From: Rhynchobatus australiae | Lineage: Eukaryota | Assembly: GCA_034780895.1 (NCBI GenBank) | Contig: JAUZTB010000098.1 | Coordinates: 89,426,175-89,490,174, forward strand | DNA length: 64,000 nt | Direction: 5' to 3' | Shown here: positions 39,076 to 52,749 of the stretch, in pieces | Numbering within the stretch: the first letter of the stretch is position 1 | Layout: every line of letters begins with the position of its first letter | Notes under the pieces: generated by a model | Told to the model about the DNA's origin: nothing | The model's input: the letters and a program-made list of their open reading frames with translations, nothing else | Database searches by the model: none | Position numbers and translations under genes: made by a program

Positions 39076-41417
39076 CATTCACAAGATACTCCATGTCCAG
39101 AATTCTTCCCCCAAAGTTCAGTCAATCAACCTCTTTTGTGGTAAGGTTCCACAGGCATCAAAAACCCTCTCATGATTTTTGGTGAGCATCATCAAAAAAA
39201 AATCAAGGGGAAATATGAAAGTCGCTATATTTAGCTGCACATCAACATATTCAAGGACAATAATTTAGTGCTGCCTGCTCCTACTGCTCTAAAGTGGTCT
39301 GATCCCAAACTAGCACCTGCAATATATCTAGACATTCACTCTGGAGCCTCAGCTTTTACCATGCAGTCAGCTTCCAGCTCTTGGTAAATTTTAAGGAATT
39401 TGAACACTTAAATAAATTCTTTTGCAAAGTTTATATCAAAGAAGTTTAAAATTGCTTATTTGATAATCTACTTGTCCATTTTAGGCCAATGTTTTACTTG
39501 TGAAATCAACTAATTAAAGAGCTCCTTGCACAAAAACATTTTAGATATGGGGACCATCAGACCCAGATTGCAACCATAACTGAGTTCCATTGTGAATGAG
39601 AGCAGTGTGCAGAATCTAAATTAAAATTCAAGTTTGCAGGATATTATAGCAATCTAAAAATACAGTACCTACATTCTACACATTGCAGGGATTAGCCAAC
39701 ATATAATTTAAAACTGAATATGGGCCCCACTACCTACCCGATGGGACACTAAATTTTTACCACCTGTACCTTTACTATTTTTTAAGCAAGAAAGCCAACT
39801 TCAATGCCTTTTCAACATAGCTTCAGGAAAGCATTTCCCGTATTGAGGTAGGCTAGATATTTAATATTGCTTGCTTAAGTCTCTCTGGGATCTCGTCAGT
39901 TTTATAATATTCACATGAGCAACTTCCAATCCTAAAATAATAATTATGATAAAACTTTAGATGTAACAAAATTACCATTGGATTATTTTTTTAACAACAC
40001 AAGGTGCTACCATGCAGCTAATGGAACTTGCATCTCATGTTCTTTACAAGCAAAACAGATTTTACATTGTCCTGAATTTTTTTCTTCACTGAGGAGAAAA
40101 AAGCAGCTTTGTGGTATTATTTTCCTTTTTATCCATAAAAGGATGTGGTAGGAACATACCAAGACACAAAGCACAGCAGCCTAGAAGACACACCATGCAT
40201 TAAAAAATTCTGAGAAAGCTATGAAGCGGAACCAGAAGTATTTAGAGCCAACAATTTGGCAGGCCAAAATGTTCAACTTGAAGTAAATTATTTCCTGCAG
40301 TAAAGGCAGTGAGACAAGGCCCTTTCAGAACCGTGCACTAATTGTGAAAAACACATGTGAGAAAAAAAAACGTAAAATAATACAACATGTGCGGGGCAAC
40401 ATTCACATGATTATTTGCCAAAAATTGTAATAAGAATGCTTTATATAAATCTAATAATTACCTACATTAATAAAGGAATAAAAATAAACATAAATTCAAC
40501 ATTCTATTATGTGATGCACTTTACTTATCTGTGATCAATGTCAACACAACAGCAATATGAAAAAACAAGATTATTTGCGTAATTTGAAAGATTGGCTTTG
40601 TCATAAGAATATTATTTAGAGCAAGATTGAAAGACTTTACTAGTATTATTACAGTTCAAGAACAGAATTGAAAACTGTCCGTAAAACAATATAGTTGATG
40701 GCTACAAAATGAGATCATGGTCAACTGGATAGGATGACTGGATTCAAGTGAACAACACCATTGAATAGGAAAGAGAGACCCGAGAAGAATGGGGAAATTT
40801 TTCTTTAGTTTACAAGACAAAATCAGTTATGATCACCAAATCAGGCCAGAGATGTGAGGTAAATAGAATCAGGTCAAATCCACCTGATGCATTTGTCAAG
40901 GAAAAAGCAGCAACCCAGAGTCATTATCATGCTATATACGTAGGACATAGCAGTGAAACTGAGAGTACAAGAAAGGGGTGTGCTACTACAAAAATTGGCT
41001 GCTGGTGTGAATGACATTGAGACAAATTGAGGAAACTTCTGCAGCCAACTATTAAACTGCACTGGTGCTTTTCAAGGCATATATATGATCAATTGACAAA
41101 TCGCAGAAAGATAGTTACAAAGGACCAGTAGCTTTTGTGTTACAAAAATCATTTATGCAATGAAGTGCCTGGATTCATCATCACCAAAGTGCTATTCTTT
41201 GCATTCTGTAAGAAATTAAATCATACTGTTACAATACTAGATTTCAAGTCTAGTATAATGTTAGGTACAAGGGGACAATGCAGCGGCTGTTATTGGACTA
41301 GTAACCCACAGGTCAGGGTCAATCTGGGAAATTTTTAAAAAAGTCATTGGTAATGATAACCACAAAATGATGGATTACTGTTGTTACGGATACAATTAGT
41401 GAGGTTCCTTTAAGATA

Positions 41418-41477
41418 GTGTGTGTGTGTGTGTGTGTGGGTGTGTGTGTGTGCGTGTGTGTGTGTGTGTGTGCGGTG
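41418..41477. repeat. Imperfect (GT)n microsatellite abutting a gap
   Basis: Direct read; about 30 units with three interruptions. Confidence 0.95.
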
Positions 41478-42434
41478 NNNNNNNNNNNNNNNNNNNNNNN
41501 NNNNNNNNNNNNNNNNNNNNNNNNNNNNNNNNNNNNNNNNNNNNNNNNNNNNNNNNNNNNNNNNNNNNNNNNNNNNNNNNNNNNNNNNNNNNNNNNNNNN
41601 NNNNNNNNNNNNNNNNNNNNNNNNNNNNNNNNNNNNNNNNNNNNNNNNNTTAAATTTAAATTTTAAATGTTTTCAAATTTTATATCATATGAAAGGACCA
41701 GCATTATATTCAACCCTTCATGATCTTTAGCAGTGAATTAATGGTACTTTTCAAGAGTACCATTATAATTTTGAAATCAGGGCAATCAATTTGACAAACA
41801 GCATTTTTTTTAGAGATAAGTATTGGGTGGGACACAGAGGCTACTCAGCAGTGAGACAAAGGGTATGTCACAAGGTGGCTCATTGAGAATCTGGAAATTG
41901 GATGGGAATGGTGATGAAACAACTGTCCTCTGGAAGGAACTGGAATAACTACTCTCTACTAATCATTCAAAGGATGAAAATCTAAGGGGTTTGGGCACAA
42001 GGATATCTAAGCTTTAGGTGTGGAGACACTCAAAATCCTAGCATTGTGACAGCATCACAGAACAAAATGGCTTTAGATCCAGAAGTGAAGAGGGTGTTGA
42101 GGGAAGTGATCCAAGTATGTGTGACAAGAGAAAAAGATAGAGGTAGCAAAAGGCAAATGTAAGTAATGGGTCACATATTATTTCAATAAATACCTCCTGT
42201 AATCTTTCTTACCTATTCACTAAGATCTGTAAAATATACAAGCAGTGTCAAACCTGGATAATGGCCATTGGAGAGCTTAAATGGGATAACCTGAGGCTGT
42301 TTGGTGGTCTGGATGAAGTGAACCCTTTCTAGCCTTGTGATCTATGACACTTACTCTCCTGAGCAACTTCATGCTGATTATGGTACTGGTCATCTCCACC
42401 CGCTGGAAAGTTGACACTAACTCTAACGTAATCA

Positions 42435-42830
42435 GTTTGGGGAGTATGCCTTATGAAAACAGGTGGAGTGAACTCAGCCTTTTCTCCTTGGAGCGACGGA
42501 GGATGAGAGGTGACCTGATAGAAGTGTATAAGATGATGAGAGGCATTGATCGTGTGGATGGTCAGAGGCTTTTCCCCAGAGCTGAAACGGTTGTCACAAG
42601 AGAACACAGGTTTAAGGTGCTGGGGAGTAGGTACAGAGGAGATGTCAGGGGTAAGTTTTTTGCCCAGAGAGTGGTGAGTGCCTGGAATGGGCTGCCAGCA
42701 AGAGGATAGGTACATGAGCTTAGAAAAATAGAGGGTTAGGGGTAAGCCTAGTAATTTCTAAGGTAGGGACTTGTACGGCACAACTTTGTGGGCCGAAGGG
42801 CTTGTATGTGCTGTAGGTTTTCTGTTCCTA
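42435..42830 (+). mobile_element. HER_LINE/CR1 3' fragment
   Basis: ORF 42344-42709: LSLFSLERRRMRGDLIEVYKMMRGIDRVD...FFAQRVVSAWNGLP; terminus gtgggccgaagggcttgtatgtgctgta. Confidence 0.93.
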
Positions 42831-45044
42831 CGTAAGCCACATTGACAAGTATGCCATTTTTTATGCTGATGATGACTTTTGCTCTTACTAGATGAAGCCT
42901 TTTACTTGAACCGTTGGAGTCTATGGTGTGATGCTCCCCATGCAATTGTCTTTGGAAGAGAATAACAGGATTTTGAATCAGCAATGATTAAGAAATAAAA
43001 TTCAAACAATGTTTCCATGATGCTTTTGCCCTTTGCAAAGATACTGGACACAGTGGGGAGCTTTGAAGTTGGGAGAATTGCTGCCTTCTGTTCTCTGCCT
43101 CATATATGGGACAACATGAGAGTGAAATCAAATCCAGTGGCAGAAGGACTAATTTACCAAGTTTCTCTGCCTGGAATGGTGTTGAGCTTCTGTCCTGGAA
43201 TGTTAATTTGATTGCATTTACCCAAGTGATAGGCATTCATTTCACATCTAATTAGAGTTTTATAAACAGTAGAAAAACTTTGAAGGGTTTGAAAGTAAGA
43301 CACCTGTTACCAAGTACACACCCTCTGCTCTTATGGCTATGATGCTCATCCAGTTTAGCTACTAATCATCAGTAGTTTGTGGGGTACTTGGCAACAGTGT
43401 TACTCTAGAAAATGAAGTGTAGATGGTTTGGCTTCTACTTGTTTAAAATAGTAATTCCTTGGAATTTGTGCGGCATGAGTAGAACGCCAAATCCTTTTGT
43501 AATGACCTCATTGCAGAAGATACGTAGAGCCAAAATAATTTGAAAACTCTTGCTAGATTGGTCTGCAATTTACTCTCCAAGCAATAACTGCAAAATACTG
43601 ATAGTCTGTTAAACTATTTCTTATGTTTCTTTGTTTTCAACTTCCATTCTCAGATAATGGAAACAGATCATCAGCTGTGGCTGAAATACGTACTGTTGGT
43701 TTTTCTTTTTGCCCTGACAGAACAATGGAGATATCTTGAAATGAATGACATTCGTGCCTGCTTTTTGGAAGGCATGCATTCCACACCAGAAAAGACAACT
43801 GGCATCACTCACCATCAGCATAATCAGTGACTAAAATCATATTCCATTCATGTAACTGATGAGATTGACAGATCAGTCTTTGACATGGGTAACATTAATA
43901 GTAAGCGACAGCATTAATGAAATCCTGCCACTGGAAACGTTGACTGTACTCTGCATCTCATCTTACTGGGACCATATACTCAGATACATGTGCCTGCATG
44001 GAGGAACCATCACCTGAGTAATGCATAACTGAACTCCTGATTAACAGATGCAACCAATATCACCAGTAGACACTTAGAAATATTATGTTGCCTCAAACAT
44101 GTAGTTGTCATCACATTACAGCACTCAGTGGACAAGGCCCCTGGTGACAAGAGATTGTAACTTAAGTTCTAATAATGAGTTGTTGAACGTGAGGGAAAAG
44201 ACAGCCTTTTTAGAAATTTGACAAGCAAAATATAGATAATGTTTTTCCTTTAGATTATGTGGTGTCAGGTATTGTCCATGTCTTTGTCAGTCCACCCCCA
44301 AGGCTTTGAACTTCTCCTCCACCATGCCCTCATAAACATGTCTTTAAATCACAATATTGATACCAAAAGGAACATTCATTACCTGCAGAAATAACTTCTT
44401 GAAATTACTAGCATAATTTGATGGCTATCATATCTGAAAGAAGTTTCAATTTCAATTGTCCTTAAAATAAACCAAACTGTAAATTCTGGTAATGGATTTC
44501 AAAACAGAGATCTCTTAATTTCTTTTTAAGTCTTGCAAGTTCTTTCCAGCAAGATAGCTATGTGTGTGCATGGGCATTCAAATTTCCCTACTTCTCCTCA
44601 GCTTCTTCAAGAGCATTCTGTCCCAAAACTGTCAACTTCTGTACGCTGTCGGTCTCCCTGGGTATTCAATGAAAGGCAAGTGAAATCATGTCAGTGGCTA
44701 GCTCTTAATCCCTTCATCTTTGAGCAAGAGGGTGCATAGCAGAGTTTTACAGCAAGATGTGTTATTTTCCGAGGTGAACTTTGAATGCCTAATTTCACTT
44801 GCAAAAACTACCCCAAATTGCTTGTACAAGAAGTTTCACCAAGGAAAATCCTGGTCTTCAGGCAGGAATAACACAAGAAAATAAGTCAATGGCCTTTTTA
44901 AACATCTTGATCAGATAGTTTATTAAAATACTAGTCATCTTTCTTCCTTCTCTTGTTTTTTCTGCTAAATTAAATGATATTCAATTTTTGGATGTAATCC
45001 TCTGAATGCTGAAAGAACACTAAAAATGAATTCTTGATCTCCCA

Positions 45045-45262
45045 ATTAACTGGTCGTGGCCCTTGCACTTGATTGGTCTACCTGCACTGCACTTTCTCTG
45101 TAGCTACAACACTATATTCTGCATACTGTTTTCTTTTTTACTACCTCAATGTATTTAGGAATGGCACAATCTGCCTGGATAGCATGCAAACAAAAGCTTT
45201 TCAATGTATCGCGGTACACGTGACTCTAATAAACCAACAATAACAATAATAATAATAACAAG
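45045..45262 (+). mobile_element. Rex1/Babar 3' UTR with (AAT/AAC)n tail
   Basis: tctacctgcactgcactttctctgta...ggtacacgtgactctaataaaccaacaataacaataataataat; reverse complement of the tail at 58255-58440. Confidence 0.8.
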
Positions 45263-46434
45263 CAAAAATCAAAATGCCAGTATTGAACCAAAGGGCCTGA
45301 AACTGAAAGATGTTATCTATATCAATACATTCTGTAGAGCGATTTAGCAACTATCAAGTTACATTTCAATCATGATGCATACTATTTTTTACTTAAACGG
45401 TAAGTTTAATAAAACTATTTTCCTGTTTGATATTATACAGCTACTGTAAGTTCCCCCAAAATTAATGCTACCTAACCAATAGCTTGTATTCTTAAAGGGT
45501 TTAAGAAAAAAATGGCTGCTTATGAAGGTAACAAAGCTCATCTTGTTACAATCTGCACAGGTAATCACAAAGAGAATCAGTGCAACTACAAAAGCTAAAT
45601 TAAAATGTTATACTTGGCAATCTTTTACAACCACAGTGGATTGGCTAAACAGAAGAAACTTTGTACCCCTCACAAATGCAACACTGAGTTCATAGGCCAT
45701 TGGGAACAGTAAGCCTAGTAATAACCAAGATGGCAAAGAAATAAAATGATTCTTTTGAGAATTGTGTAATAATNNNNNNNNNNCAGGCCATACATCAGCA
45801 GAATCGACAATGTTTGGGCTATTTCAGGATAACTGAAATTGTACAGAGTATTCAGATATGTGTGGCATTTAACAAGGAGTGCCACAATTAATACAACACA
45901 ACATATTTTGCATCAAAATAAGTACTGGAAATAACGTAAGCATGATTAGGATTGGGTGTGAAACACAGGATTTGACTTACCAGATGCCACAGCTTTAGCC
46001 TGAATCACAAATGTTAATCGGAACCCTTGCAAGTGCACTGAGTGCAAAATATTGGCCAGCATGTTGGCATTGGGAGCTGAAAACCAGCACAATATCAACT
46101 TTCATTGGGGTGTTGTTTCCCTTTAAAGGTGAAACTTTCTTTAGTAAAGCCAATTAATTCTGCAAGATATGTCCACAAAAATAGCAGTGAAAAGTATACA
46201 TATGAAATGAAGTGACTTCCGTGACGGTAATGTGTTGTACACCCTGCTTAATGCTATTCAAGAATGAATGGCGCTCAATCTGGAGTTAAAAAGCACCCTC
46301 CTGAGCAGAGTTTGGACAGAGAAATTACTAGAATAACATTTTTCATCACTTTTAGTGATGAACAAATCTTTAAAGATCTACTACCTTGCAAACTTCTTGC
46401 TCATCCCACACAATGATCAATCACATGCCTCTTG

Positions 46435-46545
46435 CACCCACTGTTGTAATGAACTGATTTGTATGAACAGTATACAAGACAAGTTTTACACTGTACCTTG
46501 GTACATGTGACAATAATAAACCAATTTACCAATATATTTACCAAT
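46435..46545 (+). mobile_element. Rex1/Babar 3' tail
   Basis: tgatttgtatgaacagtatacaagacaagttttacactgtaccttggtacatgtgacaataataaaccaat. Confidence 0.8.
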
Positions 46546-47357
46546 TTTAAAAGTGGCATTTGGTAGAAAATCTGATGGTCTATGAAACTAAGCTATAAAA
46601 CCTGAAGCAGTTGGGATTGGAAATGGAAATGTGACACAGAAAGCACCATTCATGATGCCCTAAATTGACACATGCACTAACAAAGCAGTTATCATTCTGT
46701 TTTGTGTCAGTAGAAAAGCAGAAAGAATTCAATGGTGTCCTCACTGAAGCCTTAGCCACCATTCTTCCAGATGTTTAACTTGAAAAATTGTTCTTTGAAG
46801 ACCTTAGATGGACAAAGACTATTATCAAGGGACCCTCTTTTTTCCAGAAATGTGTTATGCTCTGCACATTCTCTGCCCATTCTCCCAACTCTGCAACTAC
46901 TCAAAGGAAATGCCAACTAATGCACTGATGTCTGAGAATAACCAGAAGCTGAAATTCATGACCAAATCCTTCAACATTTGCTACACAACTCCCTGCAGAT
47001 TTTAGCATGTTTCAAGAACTAAACCCATATACAGACATAAAACAGTAGAACATCAGTCACCAACTAACTTACAAATAGTCAATCCTTTTAAATAGTACTG
47101 GTGGGGCATTTGGAGTCCTTCTGGCTATCGAACATATATTCAGCTGTGCAAGGTTAAAGAAGAGCATCAGCTGGAACACGGAATTCCATTTGGGCAATGC
47201 TTGCATTAAATTAGTTTTACAAGTTGACTGAAGTCAGGAATTACTTGATTCCCAAACCTCTGGCATGCATCAGCTGTGCCATATCTAATACTCTTACGAA
47301 TATAGTGGCCAGTTTAACTCAGGATACAAATAGCACATTGAGACCAATTCAATGCCA

Positions 47358-47525
47358 TTTCTCTTCCTATCTTAGGCTGTCCCTCGGGATCAAGGATGAC
47401 TTGCTCCCACTCCAGTTTTGTGGTTCTGGTGTGTTAATGAGGCCAATGTGGAAGCAGAGCCTTCTGCACATGGTTCACGAGGTGGCTAATGGGGCAGGCA
47501 GGTGCAGTGGTGCACTCTTTCAGCC
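47358..47525 (-). mobile_element. RTE LINE 3' end
   Basis: tcttaggctgtccctcgggatcaaggatgacttgctcccactccag is antisense to an RTE 3' UTR like that at 26640-26710. Confidence 0.7.
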
Positions 47526-47584
47526 GAGTACCCAGGACTTCTGAGTACCCCCATGACCTCAACATCCTCAGTATCATCCTAAAT

Positions 47585-47735
47585 GTTACAATAGCAACTT
47601 TTAAAAGACAGTTGGACAGGTACATGGATAGAAAAGGCTTAGAAGATTTTGGGCCAAACACTGGCACCCTGGTCAGCATGGACCAGTTGGGCAAAGGGCC
47701 TGTTCCCATGCTGTATAACTCTAAGACTCTATGTC
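47585..47735 (+). mobile_element. HER_LINE/CR1 3' end
   Basis: TIATFKRQLDRYM followed by ggcaaagggcctgttcccatgctgtataactctaagactctatg. Confidence 0.88.
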
Positions 47736-48049
47736 TCCTCTCCATTTTGAACAGTCATGTGTCAAAAATTCTCAGCAGCCGGTGGGGATGTTCTGTTTCT
47801 TCAAAGAGGTGCAAACACATCCTTAAACATTTTTCTTCTGTTCAATTGGTAATCTCTTCCCATAAGAAAGTGGAATAAAGTATCAATTTCCAGAATCTGG
47901 TGTTAGAATTACAGACAATTTGGCCTGCCTAATGTAGCCACCTGAGTGTAACTAGGGCCTGGATGCTGGCCTGGGAATACGTTGGTTTGATTATCCTTCC
48001 AGCAAACTCAGAAGATTTTGTAAAGGAATTTTGTGATGGAATTTTCTGG

Positions 48050-48960
48050 TGCCTGCTGAATGCATTCAGAAGCATATAGGTCAGAGATCACTGCTGCTTG
48101 GTACATCATGAGTTATTGATCTCCAAAGACCTTTCCCCAAATACTCTGCTGGTGCATTGAGGGCGTGTGTGAATTTCATCATCCCTGCAGATCTCCATTA
48201 ATAAGTGACTCCTGAAATATGTGAAGTGGAGCATGATTTCCAGAGATATCATGAAGTTTTTTTGTTGGAGGGCACTGAGCTGCAACAGGAGTAGGTTAGT
48301 AGAGCATCTTTGTCTTGTTGAGTGCAGGTTCAGCATATGCTTCAGTGAACAAGTCGGTGATGGCTTGGAACTCTTCCTTCGAGCACACGCAAACGCAAGT
48401 GTTGTCTTTATACTGTGGCTCAACCATTGAGCTTGAAGTGAACTTGGTTCTAAATTGTAATCATCGCATAGATTGAACAGCTTCCCATTAATCTTCCCAT
48501 TAGCTCTGAATATTAGCTCTACTTCCAAGGAAAATTTGCTGTGGATGAAATGCAACATTACAGTGAGGATGGTGAAGTGCTGGAGCAACGAGGCAGCCTT
48601 GTTTGACACCTGTCTTCATTGAGATCGTTTCTACTGCAGGACTATTGTTAACGTCGTGGTTTGCATGCTATCAGAGGGTAAAAGTAAGATGGGGACAAAT
48701 TTCTTTGGGTAGCTGATTTTCAGCAGTGTTTGAGGAGGCTTTCTTAAGGCCATATAAAGTGGCTGGTGTTTCTTGGAGTTGTGGCATAGTGAAGGTCATT
48801 TCCATCGCATCTCTATATGGATGGAATCCACACTGCAATTCAGGGAAAAGTGCTTTGAAAAATTGCTGCCCATGCTGTTTTCACCTTATCACCTTATCTT
48901 TTGCCTGATCTGCTTTCCTCTGTTGCTCACACCAGAGATGTAGCAACACAGGCTGCTGCC
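48050..48960 (-). mobile_element. RTE LINE RT-domain relic
   Basis: Antisense FPELQCGFHP (cf. LPESQCGFR), KTGVKQGCLVAP, ELIFRANGKINGKLFNL and DDEIHTRPQCTSRVFG. Confidence 0.8.
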
Positions 48961-50239
48961 ATATGACAATTCAATCTTTTTACTCAAAGCAGACCATAAT
49001 GCATGCAGTGCCAAAAGTTATATGCAGGAAAGCCATCTTCGGCATGCATATATGCAGGCATTGCTTTCAGAGGGCAGCTCTGTAATTTGCCTTCTACAAT
49101 TTACAGACAGTCAAACTGGTGGCAGCTGACTATCCTGCACTTAAGAGACAGGTCAATTATTCATATATGGTAATATAGCTGCAAGCTTAAAATTTGGTAA
49201 TTTCTTACATTTAATGCCTTGACGTAGATTCTCCAGGGCTCAAAAAAGATGGCAGATGAGAGCATACAGACTCAGCTTATGGGTGCTTTCACCAATTGTA
49301 CCTTGAGCAGAAATCACTTCACTCCTGACCACTTCAACAACCCACATCCCACTTTTGTGAGCGCAATCTCCTCAACTCTCCCCAGGGTAATGGAGGAGAT
49401 TCCACATAAGGATTGACTATAAATCAGGTAGGATTTCCACATTATCCACATATGAGGGTGTACAGGTTTTTTCCATCACACCCATGGTCTCTGAATTTAA
49501 GTGGAAACATGTAAATAAATAATCATTTAAAGGGAAGAAATATGCTAAAGCATGAAAGGTAGACCTTTTGTTTTTACACATCCAATCTTACACTTATCCT
49601 GAGGTCAAAGCTGTATGCACCTTTAAACTATGCACTATCAACAAAAAGGTATTCTTTAACTCTCATAATAACCAGTTTGGAATAACTGTTCTAGCCTGCA
49701 GATGAATAATGGCAACAGAATTACAATATTATTACAAAACTCCACCATGTAACACCATGCAAGGAAAAGACTTTGTCATATTTAACATAAAGAGAAACTG
49801 GAAAAAGTCGGTAACATTACAAAAAGATTGGATTATAAAGGTCTATTGTGAATTAATCACCATGTATATCCCCACTTGTTTCTCATTTCTTTATACCATT
49901 TCAACTAAACTAATTAAAAGTATTGAGATAAAAGCAAACCAGGATTAACTTTATAGGGTTGTCCATGAAAATCCTGAATCCAATCCAAAAACTAAATGTA
50001 CATGAAATGTACTTTCTGAACATCACAGGAAGATTGCGTTGAATTTACAGATAACAGATAATGTGAAGTACAGTTAGAAGCAAGGTTCATTTTACTATAT
50101 TTATAAATTGGTATTCCATGTTAGATCTAGAAGTTCCCTGGAGGTTGAATTGGTTTTGGTGACCACAACCATGCTCATTGGAAAAGCCTTAGTCAGATTC
50201 AGTTTGAACTGATTAGATATTCTCAGTTAAGATCTAGTA

Positions 50240-50500
50240 GGAATACACCCCCAGGTGCTATCCTTAATATGTCAAAGTGAGGGAGAGTAATTTGCATGGG
50301 ATTCCTTTTCCAAAATAAAAGCAATAAGAGTTTTCTTCGTTAATATTTTCTCTCTCCTTGTGGAAAACCAGGTGTGTTTAAGCTGATTGCTGTGTTACTT
50401 GCATTGTTATACTATCTACTAGTAACGTATTTCATTGGTTGTAAAGTACATTGGGATGTGCTGAAGTTATGAAAGGTGCTGCATATATGTTATTCCTCTT
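50240..50500 (+). mobile_element. DeuSINE-like SINE 3' half with L2-type tail
   Basis: gtatttcattggttgtaaagtacattgggatgtgctgaagttatgaaaggtgctgcatat resembles the shark DeuSINE tail. Confidence 0.6.
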
Positions 50501-52621
50501 TTTTCATTTTTCCATTGATTATTTTCAGAATTTCCTGTTTTTATTTTAGTTGTCCAGCATCTGCAGCTTTTTTTTGGTTTTTTGATATAAAACATTAGTT
50601 ATTGGAAAATGAAGGCGTAAAATAAAAGTACAAAAGATATTGAAGGCAAGGAAAAGTTACAGTACATCTAAAATATAAACCACAATTGCAATCCAAGTAT
50701 ATATTGGAGTATTCTCAAATGATCATTATAACAAGTATAACATACCTGAGGGAATGATAATCCACGCATGACTCTTTTTCAGAACTAGGGAGCTTGATAA
50801 GTAGTAATTCTGTTTTAGAACACCCATTAAAAATTCTTAAACACAGTGTAACATAATCATGCTTTTAACAGAAAGAATAGTTCGTAAATGCCTCAACTTT
50901 TCATCAGTTCACTGATTTCTGAAGATTATGCAGAGGATTGTAAAGCATTGTTCCCAGTGGAGGAGAAGGGAATCACTTACGGCAAAATGTGGATTTCCAC
51001 TTTTAATCATATATGCATGCCAGAAGTTGTTGTCAGATTTCCTCCATTATAATGGTCAGTGCAGATTACTTCACAATTAGTTTTCACTACAAATTCTAGG
51101 CTGATTAAGTAGCAGTAATGATGAAATAATTTAAATTTGTCCCAAATGACAATAAGTAAAACAATACAGAGACTTTTCTATTAATTAATTTACTCTTCAC
51201 TGGGAGTTCAAAAAGCAGGAAAATTAAGATACTCTAGACACACTGTAGTAAAATGTGTCTGGCATTGGCAGCTTTAACTCATGCACCAACTACAGATAAG
51301 ATCAGAGCAAACTTTAGTTTTTTTTAAATGAAGACTTAGCCAAATTTAATAAAAAAAAGGTTGCTCTTATATTTTTGTTGGCTTCCTGCACTGCCATTTG
51401 TTAGCAACCACAGCATTTATCTTAAACCAGACTCATTCAATCTTTATGAGTGCTAGATTTTTGTAAGGATTATGAAACAGCAGGAATAATAAAAAAAATC
51501 ACTGAATTTTAATGAAAGTTAATGAAATAGACCTTTGCTGAACTTAATAGAATTTAATGAAAGAGATATTTGCTCAGTTCATTGTTTAATCTTCCTCAAC
51601 TTGTGAGGTAGAAAACAAATTACCCAAAATTCCATAGAACCATACCTATGCCAAAGACTACATGTATTAGGAAAGCTTTAACACAGGAAAATTGTGACAA
51701 AGCAGCATAATATAAGGAAATTATAATTTTCTCTCTCCATCTCTAATTACAGACTGACCTTTCTAATACGATAAATGTTTGGTCTAAATATATACCACTT
51801 GTTAAAAGCAGAGTTTAAGTCTGTCATTAAAATTTAAATAGGAACCAAATATATCATCAGCATAAAGTTCTGTGGTGTTTGTACAACCAGTAGCAGACAT
51901 CTGGATTTGCTGTGTTCTTTCACATAGAAAGTATACCCACACAGAGGCATTTACCATAAACTTGTTGCTGAACCCTTATTAAACTGTCAGATTTTCTTGC
52001 TCTGTAGGTTTTTCTAGCTTCTGTTTAAATTACGTAAATAGTTCTGGAAAACCAGTGTCTGTGTCCCAGGGATGTATGATTCAAAAAGACAGAAATAGCA
52101 TTGTAAGCACAGGAAACCTGTCAGGACCCAACTGAGGGAAACAAGTTAGCCTAGTCCAGACACTATTTTTGCTGCTGTCTAGTGGAGTTAAATACAGTCT
52201 CAATAGTTGCTCCATACTACACAATAGAANNNNNNNNNNNNNNNNNNNNNNNNNNNNNNNNNNNNNNNNNCTTTAACCATTTCTCAAAAGACAAGAAAAC
52301 AAAAATAGAGGGTGAAAAAAATTTAAGAATGTTGTTAAGGAGTTCAGAATGACCCTCTGGCAGTATGTTACCAATGAAATGTAAACTTATAGCTGTTCTG
52401 AATGAAGAGGAAGATTGTTTTTTTGTCAGGTCAGGACTGGGGTAGCCCACCATGGATCTGAATTCCCTCGGCTGTAATTGACTGTACACTGTGTTAGCAA
52501 CTCTCCTTTGGCACAAGTTCACAAGATACTCATACAGATCAAGCAATTTTTTGAGATGATGCGTGAAACGTATCATCCAGGCAGGGAAATACTTCTGAAT
52601 AGCCTTAGGCCAATGGCCTAC

Positions 52622-52749
52622 CTCAATGTAGTCCTTGGCATGACCCCAATCTCTCTTGGCATCCAGATTGCCCAAACTAAAACAATCCAGCTGTCTGAGG
52701 TGAATCTTAGCCACTGACCGACTAATTTTCCGAGTTACGAAATTAGCCC
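52622..52749 (-). CDS. GMDS: GDP-mannose 4,6-dehydratase, internal coding exon (equivalent to human exon 7)
   Basis: Translates (G)[42 protein letters not shown], matching the GMDS/Gmd segment with the RDWGHAKDY motif. Flanked by tttgtttcAG acceptor (phase 1) and GAG|GTaggc donor (phase 0); 128 bp. Confidence 0.96.

Larger units (their letters stand above)
1..52621 (-). other. GMDS: GMDS large downstream intron (partial, >=52.6 kb)
   Basis: Begins at the GT donor (52621-52620); the expected next exon (AMWLMLQ...) was not seen in the ORF track or by eye, though it could hide in a gap. Confidence 0.8.

Noticed and set aside
46342-46362. 9-bp hairpin TTCATCACT-TTT-AGTGATGAA
   Set aside because: Short and AT-rich; expected by chance in 64 kb.
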